Shown piece after piece: positions 19,475 to 27,416 of a stretch of 64,000 bases of DNA; position 1 is the stretch's first letter; each line of letters starts with the position of its first letter. Position numbers and translations under genes: made by a program. The DNA is taken from NCBI RefSeq assembly GCF_016717175.1, contig NZ_JADKFZ010000003.1, one strand, 5' to 3'. Source of the stretch: Nannocystis sp. (lineage in GTDB: Bacteria > Myxococcota_A > Polyangia > Nannocystales > Nannocystaceae). The notes below the pieces were generated by a model. The model did not search any database. It was not told where the DNA came from and saw nothing but the letters and a program-made list of their open reading frames with translations.

Positions 19475-20577
19475 GACGCACCTGCGAGGGCCCGCACCGG
19501 GCTGGGGTTTTGGATCTTCCACACCTCGAGCGCCAGGGTCCTGGAGCGCTCGCTGAGCGTGTCGCTCAGGGTTGTCATTTCCTGCTCCTCCGCGGCGCTC
19601 CGCGCCCGCCCGGCCAGCTCGCGCAGGCGCTGGAGCTTCGCGGTCGAGTCGAGGTCCATGTCGGCGGTGATACCGAAGTGGTGCGTCATCAGGGTGCCGT
19701 AGCGGACCCCCTGGAGGTCGGCACTGTCGGTCGCCTCGCGCTTGCCGAGATCGTACACGACGGCGTCGGGGATGCTGGCGATCACCGCGGGCGAGTGGGT
19801 AGCGACGATGAATTGAAAGGTGGGGAAGACGTCGGTGAGGAACGGCAGGATGAGCTCCTGCAGGCGAATGTGCAGGTGGGTCTCGATCTCGTCGATGAGG
19901 ACAATGCCAGCGAGCTGCTCCCGCTTGAACTCCTCGCGGTGGGCCTGCGACTGAAGGAGCAGCTCGAAGAAGATGCTGAGCGCCGCCGAATGGCCCTGGG
20001 CGAGCTGCGCGAAGGAGACCTCGCGACCGTCGCTGTAGCGCAGGCTCACCGTGAAGTTCTTGCGATCGAAGTGCAGGGCCAGCGCCGGATCCTCGAACAA
20101 ATGCGCCAGGTGTCCCTGCAGCTCCGCGAACCAAGCCTCGATCGCCGCGACCGCGGCCTGATCGCCGTCGTCGCGCGCGAACGACTGTTCGACCTTGCGA
20201 TTGACGAGATACTGCACCGTCTGCTGAGTGGCAGTGATCCGGCCGCGGAGAATGTTCATCCAGTCGATCTTGGAGGGACCCGAAACCTCCTCGATCCGCA
20301 GCAGTCGCTGGGCCTGAAAGAACGCCACGATCTGCCCGCGGCCACCGTCATGCGGCTGCTCGTCGAGGCCGACATGACACGGCGCACTCGGCTGCGCCGG
20401 CATGGTGAGCTTGGGGAGGGCAGCATGAATCAGCTCGAGCGCGCTGCTCTTGCCCGAGCCGTTCGGGCCCGTCAGGATCAGGTGGCGAAACTTCGTCCCG
20501 TCGCGTGGCGATAGATCGACATCCAGCCGCTCGATGCCGCGGAATTTGGCGATCGTGATCCTGCGAATGTAGCTCAT
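19471..20577 (-). CDS. ABC-type/AAA_21-like P-loop ATPase (PtuA-like)
   Basis: Walker A GPNGSGKSS, Walker B LIDEIETHLH, and H-loop ATHSP. GC is about 60% against the ~70% background. Confidence 0.7.
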   Translation of the reverse strand: MSYIRRITIAKFRGIERLDVDLSPRDGTKFRHLILTGPNGSGKSSALELIHAALPKLTMPAQPSAPCHVGLDEQPHDGGRGQIVAFFQAQRLLRIEEVSGPSKIDWMNILRGRITATQQTVQYLVNRKVEQSFARDDGDQAAVAAIEAWFAELQGHLAHLFEDPALALHFDRKNFTVSLRYSDGREVSFAQLAQGHSAALSIFFELLLQSQAHREEFKREQLAGIVLIDEIETHLHIRLQELILPFLTDVFPTFQFIVATHSPAVIASIPDAVVYDLGKREATDSADLQGVRYGTLMTHHFGITADMDLDSTAKLQRLRELAGRARSAAEEQEMTTLSDTLSERSRTLALEVWKIQNPSPVRALAGAS

Positions 20578-20622
20578 CGCGTGGCCAGGATAGCGCTTCT
20601 CGGTGACGGGGTGAACGGCGCC

Positions 20623-21501
20623 TCAGCGGTAGAAGTGCAGCCGGATCGGCGGGGAGACGGCGCGGATCGGGCGGCCCTCGGGGTCCTTCGCCGGGGTGAA
20701 GCGCGTGCGGCGAGCGCAGCGGATCGCGGCGGCGGCGAAGCCGTCGCCCGGGTCCTGCACGACCGTGCTGGACTCGACGCTGCCGTCGGCGCGCACGGTG
20801 ACGCGGATCGTCGCGGTCTGCTCGTCGATCGGGAGCTCGCTCGCCTCGTCGGGCCAGGGACAGTTCCACTCGTCGGTCGGCAGCGACACCGGGGCGGCTC
20901 GGCTCGGCTTGTTCGGCGTCGGTGGCGGTGTCGGTGACTCGGCGGGCGGCGGGGCGCCGACCTGCTTCGTGGGCGTCGTGCCGGTGCCGCCGGGGCTGGT
21001 GGCTCCGCCGGCGTAGGCGCTGCCCTGGCCCTCGACGAAGACCTCGCCGGTGAGGTCGAGCGGGGCGCCAGGGGCCGACACGATCTTGCCGGCGCGGGCC
21101 GGGGCGGCGCCGACTTTGAGCCGCACGCGCGGCGCGGGCTCGCTGGGCGGCGGCGTCGCGGAGGGCGTGGTGTCGGGCGCCAGGGCCGGTGGAGCGGCGA
21201 CGGGTGATGGCTCCGGGGGCTTCGGCGGGGCGAGCTCGACGATCTCGACGCGCGTGAGCTCGTCGTGGATCCGCGAGGCCAGGTCGGCGCTCCAGGCCTC
21301 GAGGCTCGGCTGCATGCCGACGATCCACACGCCGAGGGCCAGGTGCGCGAGCCCGGCGATCAGCGCGGCCGGCAGGCGTCGACGCGGCGCGGCGCGGCCC
21401 GGGGCGAACACGAGGTCGACGATGCGCGGGCTGTCCGTGGGGACAGGTGCACCTGGCGCGGAGGACAGGTCCGCGGGGACAGGTGCCTCGCGCTCGCTCA
21501 C
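20623..21501 (-). CDS. tonB: TonB energy transducer
   Basis: N-terminal TM helix, Pro-rich spacer, and a C-terminal TonB domain. Confidence 0.75.
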   Translation of the reverse strand: MSEREAPVPADLSSAPGAPVPTDSPRIVDLVFAPGRAAPRRRLPAALIAGLAHLALGVWIVGMQPSLEAWSADLASRIHDELTRVEIVELAPPKPPEPSPVAAPPALAPDTTPSATPPPSEPAPRVRLKVGAAPARAGKIVSAPGAPLDLTGEVFVEGQGSAYAGGATSPGGTGTTPTKQVGAPPPAESPTPPPTPNKPSRAAPVSLPTDEWNCPWPDEASELPIDEQTATIRVTVRADGSVESSTVVQDPGDGFAAAAIRCARRTRFTPAKDPEGRPIRAVSPPIRLHFYR

Positions 21502-21956
21502 GGGGAGCCTCCGGCAGGCGGCGACGAGATCGCCGGGCCCAGGCGCGGGGTCGTCGGCTCCTCGGCGCCGAAGGCGACGCGGGTGAGGCCGGCCTGCTTG
21601 AGCGCGTCGAGGGTCTGGAGGACGCGGCGGTGGGGCACGCCGCCGTCGGCGTGGATGACGGCGCGCAGCTCGGGGTCGCGGGCGCGGGCCTCGGCGGCGA
21701 GGCGGGTGAGCTCGGCGGGGGTGGGCGCGGGCTCGCCGTCGACGAGGGTGACGCCGCGCTCGGGCACCACCACGGAGAACACGACCTGGACCTGCTCGAC
21801 CTGGCTGGCCTCGGGGAGGTCCATCGGCACCGCGGGGGTGACGATGATCTTGGCGGTGACGATGAAGATGATCAGCAGCACCAGCATGATGTCGACCATC
21901 GGCGTGACGTTGATGCCGACGATCAGGCCGTCGCCCTGGGGCTGCTGGCTAGCCAC
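21498..21956 (-). CDS. exbD: ExbD/TolR biopolymer transport protein
   Basis: Single TM (MVDIMLVLLIIFIV), 152 aa, and a 4-nt overlap with tonB. Confidence 0.8.
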   Translation of the reverse strand: MASQQPQGDGLIVGINVTPMVDIMLVLLIIFIVTAKIIVTPAVPMDLPEASQVEQVQVVFSVVVPERGVTLVDGEPAPTPAELTRLAAEARARDPELRAVIHADGGVPHRRVLQTLDALKQAGLTRVAFGAEEPTTPRLGPAISSPPAGGSP

Positions 21957-22644
21957 GCGGCCCTCCCGGGGCGTTCTTCGTGGCTGTCTCCGAGGACAGG
22001 TAGGCGAGGACCAGGCTGGACAGCACCTCGGAGCTGGCGCACAGGCCGGCGATGCGGCGCTGGAAGTAGTTGTAGGCGGCGACCGCGGGGAGGGCGACCA
22101 GCAGGCCGACGGCGGTGGCGACCAGGGCCTCGGCGATGCTCGACATGACCGCCTGCGAGGCGACCTGCGAGGCCGCGCCGGTGCCAGCGCCGTGGCCCGG
22201 GCTGGCGTGGCCGAGCTCCTCGAACGCGGCGACCACGCCGATCACGGTGCCGAGCAGGCCGACGAAGGGGGCGTTGTTGCCGACGGTGCCGAGGAAGGCG
22301 AGGCCGCGCTCGAGGCGGCCGCGCTCGAGCGCGAGGGCGCTGTGCATCGCGTGCTCGACCGCCGCGGGGCCGCGCGGGGCGAGGCGCAGGCCGGCGGCGG
22401 CGACGTCGGCGGCGAGGCTGTCGGCGGCGCGCAGCTCGGTGATCGCGGTGGCGTGGTCGCCGCGGGCGAGGTGGGCGTCGAGGCGGATCGCCAGGGCCTG
22501 GAGGTCGCCGCCGCGGCGGCGCAGGACCAGCGCGCGCTCGATCGTCAGGCCGACGCTGACCAGCGAGAGCAGGCCGAGCAGGCCGAGGACCCAGCCGGCG
22601 CCGAGGCGGAGGAGCAGCTGTTGCAGGGCGTCGACGACGTGCAT
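21949..22644 (-). CDS. exbB: MotA/TolQ/ExbB proton channel
   Basis: Three TM helices and the TolQ/ExbB signature region GNNAPFVGLLGTVIGV. Confidence 0.8.
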   Translation of the reverse strand: MHVVDALQQLLLRLGAGWVLGLLGLLSLVSVGLTIERALVLRRRGGDLQALAIRLDAHLARGDHATAITELRAADSLAADVAAAGLRLAPRGPAAVEHAMHSALALERGRLERGLAFLGTVGNNAPFVGLLGTVIGVVAAFEELGHASPGHGAGTGAASQVASQAVMSSIAEALVATAVGLLVALPAVAAYNYFQRRIAGLCASSEVLSSLVLAYLSSETATKNAPGGPRG

Positions 22645-22729
22645 GGCGCTACAGGGTCAGCCTTTCTTACGGGTCTCGCTGCGCTCGACGGTGTTGCAGG
22701 GCGTCGACGACGTGCATGGCGCTACAGGG
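22621..22729. repeat. 36-bp perfect direct repeat duplicating the exbB start region
   Basis: ttgcagggcgtcgacgacgtgcatggcgctacaggg at 22621..22656 and again at 22694..22729, with a 37-bp spacer. Confidence 0.85.
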
Positions 22730-23624
22730 GGTCGCGGGTGGGGCACTCGCCCTCGCCCTGGAAGTCGCCCAGCGTGCGCGCCTGGGCCTCAACGTAGTCG
22801 TGGGCGGTGACGATCGGGATGATCGCGCCGGAGAGGTTGTAGCCGAGCTCGGCGGGGAAGGCGACGGCGGCGGGGACCTGCTTGAGCTCGGCCAGCGTGG
22901 TCTCGCCGTCGCGATCGAGGTCGGCGTCGGCGATCCACTGCGCGCGGCGCTGCGTGATCTCGGCGCCCTGCGTGAGGGTGGTGAAGAACCAGTGGTCGCC
23001 GTGCACGGTCGGCTTGACCTGGGCCGTGCCGCCCGAGGGCACCGCGAAGCCGAGGCCGCCGCTCGGCGGGGCGCAGTCGGAGAAGCGGGTACCGGCGGCC
23101 AGACCCCAGCGGAAGCGGATCGTCGGCGCGGGCGTGCAGGTGACGGGCTCGCCGTGATCGCAGGATTCGCCGTCCGGCTTGCTGATCTCGCCCTCGAAGT
23201 AGACCGAGTAGCCGGCCTTCACCATGAGGTCGTGGTCGGCGGCAGCGGTGCCCTCGGCGGCCTTCGTGTCGGCGTCGGCGTCGGGCAGCGAGTAGGCGAC
23301 CTCGTCCCAGCGCACCGCCGCGACCTCGCTGAACTCGGCGAGCACGAGGCCGCCTGCCTGCAGGTGGAGGAGGTCGACGACGCGGGCGCCGGGGACCGTG
23401 AGGATGTCGTTGCCGTTGTCGCTGCGCTCGGCCGTGAAGTCGCCGACGACCACCAGGAACTTGTCGTAGCGGACGCTCCAGCCGTCGACGACCTGCTCCT
23501 CGCCGCTGCCGGCCTGCAGGCCCTCGGGGATGGTGTCCTCGGCCTCGATGAAGACCTGCACGCTGCCGATGCTGGTCTCGCAGGCGGCGAGGAGGATGAG
23601 CAGGGTGGCGATGGTGCTGCGCAT
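22722..23624 (-). CDS. lipoprotein, unknown function (TonB-locus accessory)
   Basis: Lipobox LLAAC. Located between the TonB-dependent receptor and exbB. Confidence 0.6.
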   Translation of the reverse strand: MRSTIATLLILLAACETSIGSVQVFIEAEDTIPEGLQAGSGEEQVVDGWSVRYDKFLVVVGDFTAERSDNGNDILTVPGARVVDLLHLQAGGLVLAEFSEVAAVRWDEVAYSLPDADADTKAAEGTAAADHDLMVKAGYSVYFEGEISKPDGESCDHGEPVTCTPAPTIRFRWGLAAGTRFSDCAPPSGGLGFAVPSGGTAQVKPTVHGDHWFFTTLTQGAEITQRRAQWIADADLDRDGETTLAELKQVPAAVAFPAELGYNLSGAIIPIVTAHDYVEAQARTLGDFQGEGECPTRDPL

Positions 23625-23638
23625 GGGGCTTGTGGCTT

Positions 23639-24361
23639 TCAGTCGTGGGTCCAGCGGAAGCTGGGCGGCTGGGTGGTCATGGCGAAGGCGATCGCGGCGT
23701 GGGCGGGGTCGCCGGGGCGGATGCTCGCGTCGAGGCCGGACGCGGCGAGGGCGTCGAAGTCGACGCCGGTCAACCAGGCGCGGGGGTCGAGGCGCAGCTC
23801 GAGGCGGCTGCCCTCGTCCTGGAATTCGCTGTGGGCCCGCACACCGACCAGGGCCGGGCTGCCGCGCAGCGGCGGGACGACGTCGACCTGCGCGTCGAAG
23901 TTCAGGGAGGCGCCGTCGCGGACGGCGGTGCCAGCGAGCCGGGCGGAGTGGCCGAGCGCGGCGAGGGCCTCGGGTCGCGACTGGGTGGTGAACCAGGAGA
24001 TGCCGTAGTCGAGCATCGCCGAGCGCGGCTCGCCGGGGCGGGCGTGGAGCTCACCGATCTCTGCGGCCGGGGCCAGCGCGTCGACGACGGCGACCTCGGT
24101 GAATTCGGCGAGGGCCACGTCGCACAGGTCGGGCGAGGCGGCCGCGGTGGCGCACACGTAGATCGGGCCGATCGCGACCTCGGCGCGGGTCAGCGTGACC
24201 TGCCAGTCGCCGACCGGGAAAGGCCCGGCGCCGGCGCCGACGGCCGCGAGCGGGTAGCTGAAGGGCTCGCCGCCGCTGCTGCCGCAGGCGAGCAGCAGCA
24301 CGGCCGCGAGGAGCCATCTGGGCTTGCTGTCTCTCGGGCCAGGCTGGGATCGTGCGGGCAT
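23639..24361 (-). CDS. lipoprotein, unknown function (TonB-locus accessory)
   Basis: Signal MPARSQPGPRDSKPRWLLAAVLLLAC. An alternative start at 24415 lies within a 54-bp tandem duplication. Confidence 0.55.
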   Translation of the reverse strand: MPARSQPGPRDSKPRWLLAAVLLLACGSSGGEPFSYPLAAVGAGAGPFPVGDWQVTLTRAEVAIGPIYVCATAAASPDLCDVALAEFTEVAVVDALAPAAEIGELHARPGEPRSAMLDYGISWFTTQSRPEALAALGHSARLAGTAVRDGASLNFDAQVDVVPPLRGSPALVGVRAHSEFQDEGSRLELRLDPRAWLTGVDFDALAASGLDASIRPGDPAHAAIAFAMTTQPPSFRWTHD

Positions 24362-24427
24362 TTTGAACCCGCCGGGCTTGCTGTCTCTCGGGCCAGGCTG
24401 GGATCGTTCGCGCATATCGGACCTGGT
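24320..24427. repeat. 54-bp in-frame tandem duplication at 5' end of lipoprotein gene
   Basis: gggcttgctgtctctcgggccaggctgggatcg... appears twice and duplicates RSQPGPRDSKP. Confidence 0.8.
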
Positions 24428-27168
24428 CAAAAGGACAGGGTGAGGGTACCGAGGACGCTGAGCGGCGGACCGGCGGCGAAGTGGCGCGCGGGCAGGCGCG
24501 AGGGCACGGGGGTCGTGCCCCAGTCGGACACGAAGGAGTAGACGCTGGCGGCGTAGCGGCGCGCGAGCAGGTTGTAGGCCTCGACGCCGAGCTCGATCCA
24601 CGACCAACGCAGCGACGCGGAGGCGTCGAGCAGGTACAGGGGATCGGAGCTCTGGCCGTACGGGAGCGGGCGCGCGGACAGGTAGTTGAAGCCGCCGCCG
24701 AGGCGCATGGCGAGCGGGTGAGCGCCGAGCTGCACGAGGTCCTTGCTGACGCCGAGGTCGAGGCGCACGACCACCGGCGGCACGTAGGGCAGCAGCTGGC
24801 CCGCGACGTAGGCGGGGTTCGGGTCCTCGACCGTGGCCGGCGGCGGGGCGGTGAGGATCGCGTGCACGTAGGTGACCGAGGTGGAGACTTGCAGCCACGG
24901 CCACGGGCGGGTCTGCAGGGCGGCGACCACGCCGCTGCGACGGGTCGGGCCGATCTTCTCGAGGCGGCCCTCCTCGGGGTCGAAGGCGAGGTCCTGGGCG
25001 AGGAAGGTGCCGTAGCCGGCGGCCGTGAGCTCGACGGGTCGGCGCCAGCGCGGGGCCAGGCGCACGCCGCCCTCGACGCTGTGCACCTTGGTGAAGGGGG
25101 CCCGCTCGCCCTCCTCGAGCTGACGCGCCTGCGGTGAGCGGTAGCCCTGGCCGTAGGCGACGAAGGTCTTGAGCCACGGCAGCGGCGTGACCTCGAGGGC
25201 GACGCGCGGGCCCGCGGCGACGCCGGTGGCGGTGCGGCGGTAGCCGACCAGGTGCGAGGCGACCTGGTAGGGGGCGATGAAGTTGCCGAGGTGATCGTCG
25301 ATGTCGTAGTGCAGGACGTCGGCGCGGGCGCCCCCGCGCAATTGCACGTACTTGCCGAATCGCAGCTCGAGGTCGGCGAAGAGGCCGACGTCGGTGGCGA
25401 GGATCTCGGCGTCGACGCGGTGGTCCCAGGTCTCGTTGCTGGGGGCTTGCAGCAGGTTCTGGCCCTGCCGGACGCGGTGGATGCGGGCGCTGCTGCCGAG
25501 CTCGAGGGTGGCCGCGAACCACCGCGCGGGCCGCCACCAGCCTGTCCGATGGGACAGGCGAAAACCGCCGCCGAGGTCGCGGTTCTGCTGCTCGATCAGG
25601 TCGCCGCGGCCGACCCAGGCGGGCATGACCATGCTGCGCTGCAGGTAGCCGGTGAAGTTCTCGCGGCTGTGGAAATCGACCAGCGCCGCGTGGGCGGCGA
25701 ACAGGGTGCGGCCGCCGGTCTCGCTGCGGTGCGTGAGCTCGAGCCCGAGTTGGCCGCGCGCGGCCGAGGCCGACTGGGCGCCGGCGCCGGGGTCGGGGTA
25801 GCGGTCGTAGAAGCCGACGCGGCCGGCCTCGACGTCGTCGTTGCGCAGCACGCCGGCCATGCCGGCGCGGGCGGCGTGGGCGGCGACCATCAGCTTGCCC
25901 GCCAGGCCGCCGGGGCCGGTGAAGGCGAACTGGCCGAGGCCGGTGCCGGACAGGGCGCCGCGGTTCATGCCGAAGCCGCTGCTGCGGCGGATCGCGGCGG
26001 CGGCGAAGGTCTCCTCGGACTGGCCGCGCGGGGCCCACATGGCGAGCTGGCGAAAGGTCCCGAAGGAGCCGCCGGTCGAGCGCAGGAGGAAGCCGCGCTG
26101 GGCCACGCCGAGGTCGAAGTCGATGCTCCCGGCGACCGCGAAGTCGCCCTGGTGCGGGTCGTACACGCCCTCGGTGACGCGGATCGATCGCACGACCTCC
26201 GGCAGGATGAAGTTGAGGTCGGCGTAGCCCTGGCCGTGCAGGTGCGAGATCTGGTTGATCGGTGCGCCGCCGACGGTGAACTCGATGTCCTGGCCGTGGG
26301 CCGCGTTGAAGCCGCGGAGGTAGATCTCGTGCGCGACCGCGTCGCCCTCGGGCCGCGAGACGTACACGCCGGGCGCCCGCGTGAGCATGTCGCCGCTGCT
26401 CTGCTTCGGCGCGGCGTTCAGGACCTCGGGGCCGAGCACGAAGTCGCTGGCGGCCCGCGGCGGCGGCGGGCGCCGGCCGTGGGTGGAGACCTCGATCACG
26501 CCCTCGTCGCCCGGGGACGGGGCCGAGCCGGCTGAAGGGACAGGTTGCGTGGAGCTGTCTGAAGGGACAGGTGCGACGGGGGCCGGCGCGCTGGCCGTGG
26601 GGACAGGTGCGGATGTGCTGGCTGAAGGGACAGGTTGCGTGGGGCTGTCTGAAGGGGCAGGTGCGACGGGGGCCGGCGAGCTGGCCGCGGGGACAGGTGC
26701 GGATGGGCTGGCTGAAGGGACAGGTCGGGTGGGAGCTGGCGAGCTGGCCGCGGGGACAGGTGACGCGGGGATGTCTGAAGGGACAGGTGCGGGAGGAGCC
26801 GGCTCGGCGAGCGGCGGCGGGAACACGAAGGGGACGCGGATCCGGGCCGCGACGGGGGCGCCGCCCTGGGTCGCGGGGGTGAAGCGCCACTGGCGGACCG
26901 CGGCGATCGCCGCGGCGTCGAAGGCCGGGCCGGCGCTGCTGGCCACGGTGACCTCGCCGACGTCGCCGTCGACGCCGACGGTGACCAGCAGCTCGACGCG
27001 CTGCGGGCTGCTGCTGGCCGCGGCGAGCGGGTAGGCGGCCTCCACTTGCTGCACCGGGCGCGGCGCCTGCACGGCCGGGGCAGCGGCGGCGCTGCGGGCC
27101 GTGAGGGCGGCGAGGAGCAGGGCGGCGCCGCAGCGGACGCGGCGCGCCGGTGTCAGGGCCGGGGGCAT
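24427..27168 (-). CDS. TonB-dependent receptor with N-terminal TonB_C-like domain and Pro-rich repeats
   Basis: After the signal peptide comes a TonB-C-like domain. Next are 30-aa Pro-rich repeats (PAPVPSD...), then a plug region, then a long beta-barrel ending in a terminal F. Confidence 0.8.
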   Translation of the reverse strand: MPPALTPARRVRCGAALLLAALTARSAAAAPAVQAPRPVQQVEAAYPLAAASSSPQRVELLVTVGVDGDVGEVTVASSAGPAFDAAAIAAVRQWRFTPATQGGAPVAARIRVPFVFPPPLAEPAPPAPVPSDIPASPVPAASSPAPTRPVPSASPSAPVPAASSPAPVAPAPSDSPTQPVPSASTSAPVPTASAPAPVAPVPSDSSTQPVPSAGSAPSPGDEGVIEVSTHGRRPPPPRAASDFVLGPEVLNAAPKQSSGDMLTRAPGVYVSRPEGDAVAHEIYLRGFNAAHGQDIEFTVGGAPINQISHLHGQGYADLNFILPEVVRSIRVTEGVYDPHQGDFAVAGSIDFDLGVAQRGFLLRSTGGSFGTFRQLAMWAPRGQSEETFAAAAIRRSSGFGMNRGALSGTGLGQFAFTGPGGLAGKLMVAAHAARAGMAGVLRNDDVEAGRVGFYDRYPDPGAGAQSASAARGQLGLELTHRSETGGRTLFAAHAALVDFHSRENFTGYLQRSMVMPAWVGRGDLIEQQNRDLGGGFRLSHRTGWWRPARWFAATLELGSSARIHRVRQGQNLLQAPSNETWDHRVDAEILATDVGLFADLELRFGKYVQLRGGARADVLHYDIDDHLGNFIAPYQVASHLVGYRRTATGVAAGPRVALEVTPLPWLKTFVAYGQGYRSPQARQLEEGERAPFTKVHSVEGGVRLAPRWRRPVELTAAGYGTFLAQDLAFDPEEGRLEKIGPTRRSGVVAALQTRPWPWLQVSTSVTYVHAILTAPPPATVEDPNPAYVAGQLLPYVPPVVVRLDLGVSKDLVQLGAHPLAMRLGGGFNYLSARPLPYGQSSDPLYLLDASASLRWSWIELGVEAYNLLARRYAASVYSFVSDWGTTPVPSRLPARHFAAGPPLSVLGTLTLSF
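26531..26800. repeat. 90-bp tandem repeat x3 (coding, Pro-rich linker of TBDR)
   Basis: gctgaagggacaggttgcgtgg... recurs at 26531, 26621 and 26711. Confidence 0.8.
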
Positions 27169-27241
27169 GGGCGATCCTCGTCGTAGGCGGAAAGCCCGGG
27201 GGCGTCAAGCGCAGCAGCGTCGCTGTTGCCACGAGATGTTT

Positions 27242-27296
27242 GTTGCAGTCTTATTGCAAGAGACAGCGAGATTGATTGCAGCCGCATTGCAAGAGC
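27242..27296 (-). promoter_or_regulatory. four phased (T/C)TGCAA(T/C) direct repeats in AT-rich leader upstream of TBDR
   Basis: Read on the minus strand: CTCTTGCAATgcggcTGCAATCAATctcgctgtcTCTTGCAATaagacTGCAACaaac, with spacings of 11, 22 and 11 bp. Confidence 0.45.
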
Positions 27297-27416
27297 ACTC
27301 GCGGGCGGGCGTCGATCGCGGCGCACGAGCGGCGGCGCGTGGCTTCACTGGGCCGCTCGTGGGCCGGCGCGGGGGTCATCGGCGCGGCGCTGCTGCAATC
27401 CGCGACGTGCGTTCGC

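Noticed and set aside
21440-21485. Three GGGACAGGTG copies near the tonB start
   Set aside because: They are a coding consequence of APVP(A/T)D repeats at the TonB N-terminus (CCTGTCCCC = Pro-Val-Pro), not a separate element.
26531-26800. Regularly spaced GGGACAGGTG units resembling a CRISPR-like array
   Set aside because: They are 90-bp coding tandem repeats inside the TBDR that encode Pro-Val-Pro-rich linker repeats. No spacers or cas genes are present.
23639-27232. 1197-aa minus-strand ORF spanning the TBDR locus
   Set aside because: It is an alternative-frame, Arg/Pro-rich artefact of high GC. Its C-terminal portion is the real lipoprotein (23639..24361), and the rest overlaps the well-supported TBDR frame.
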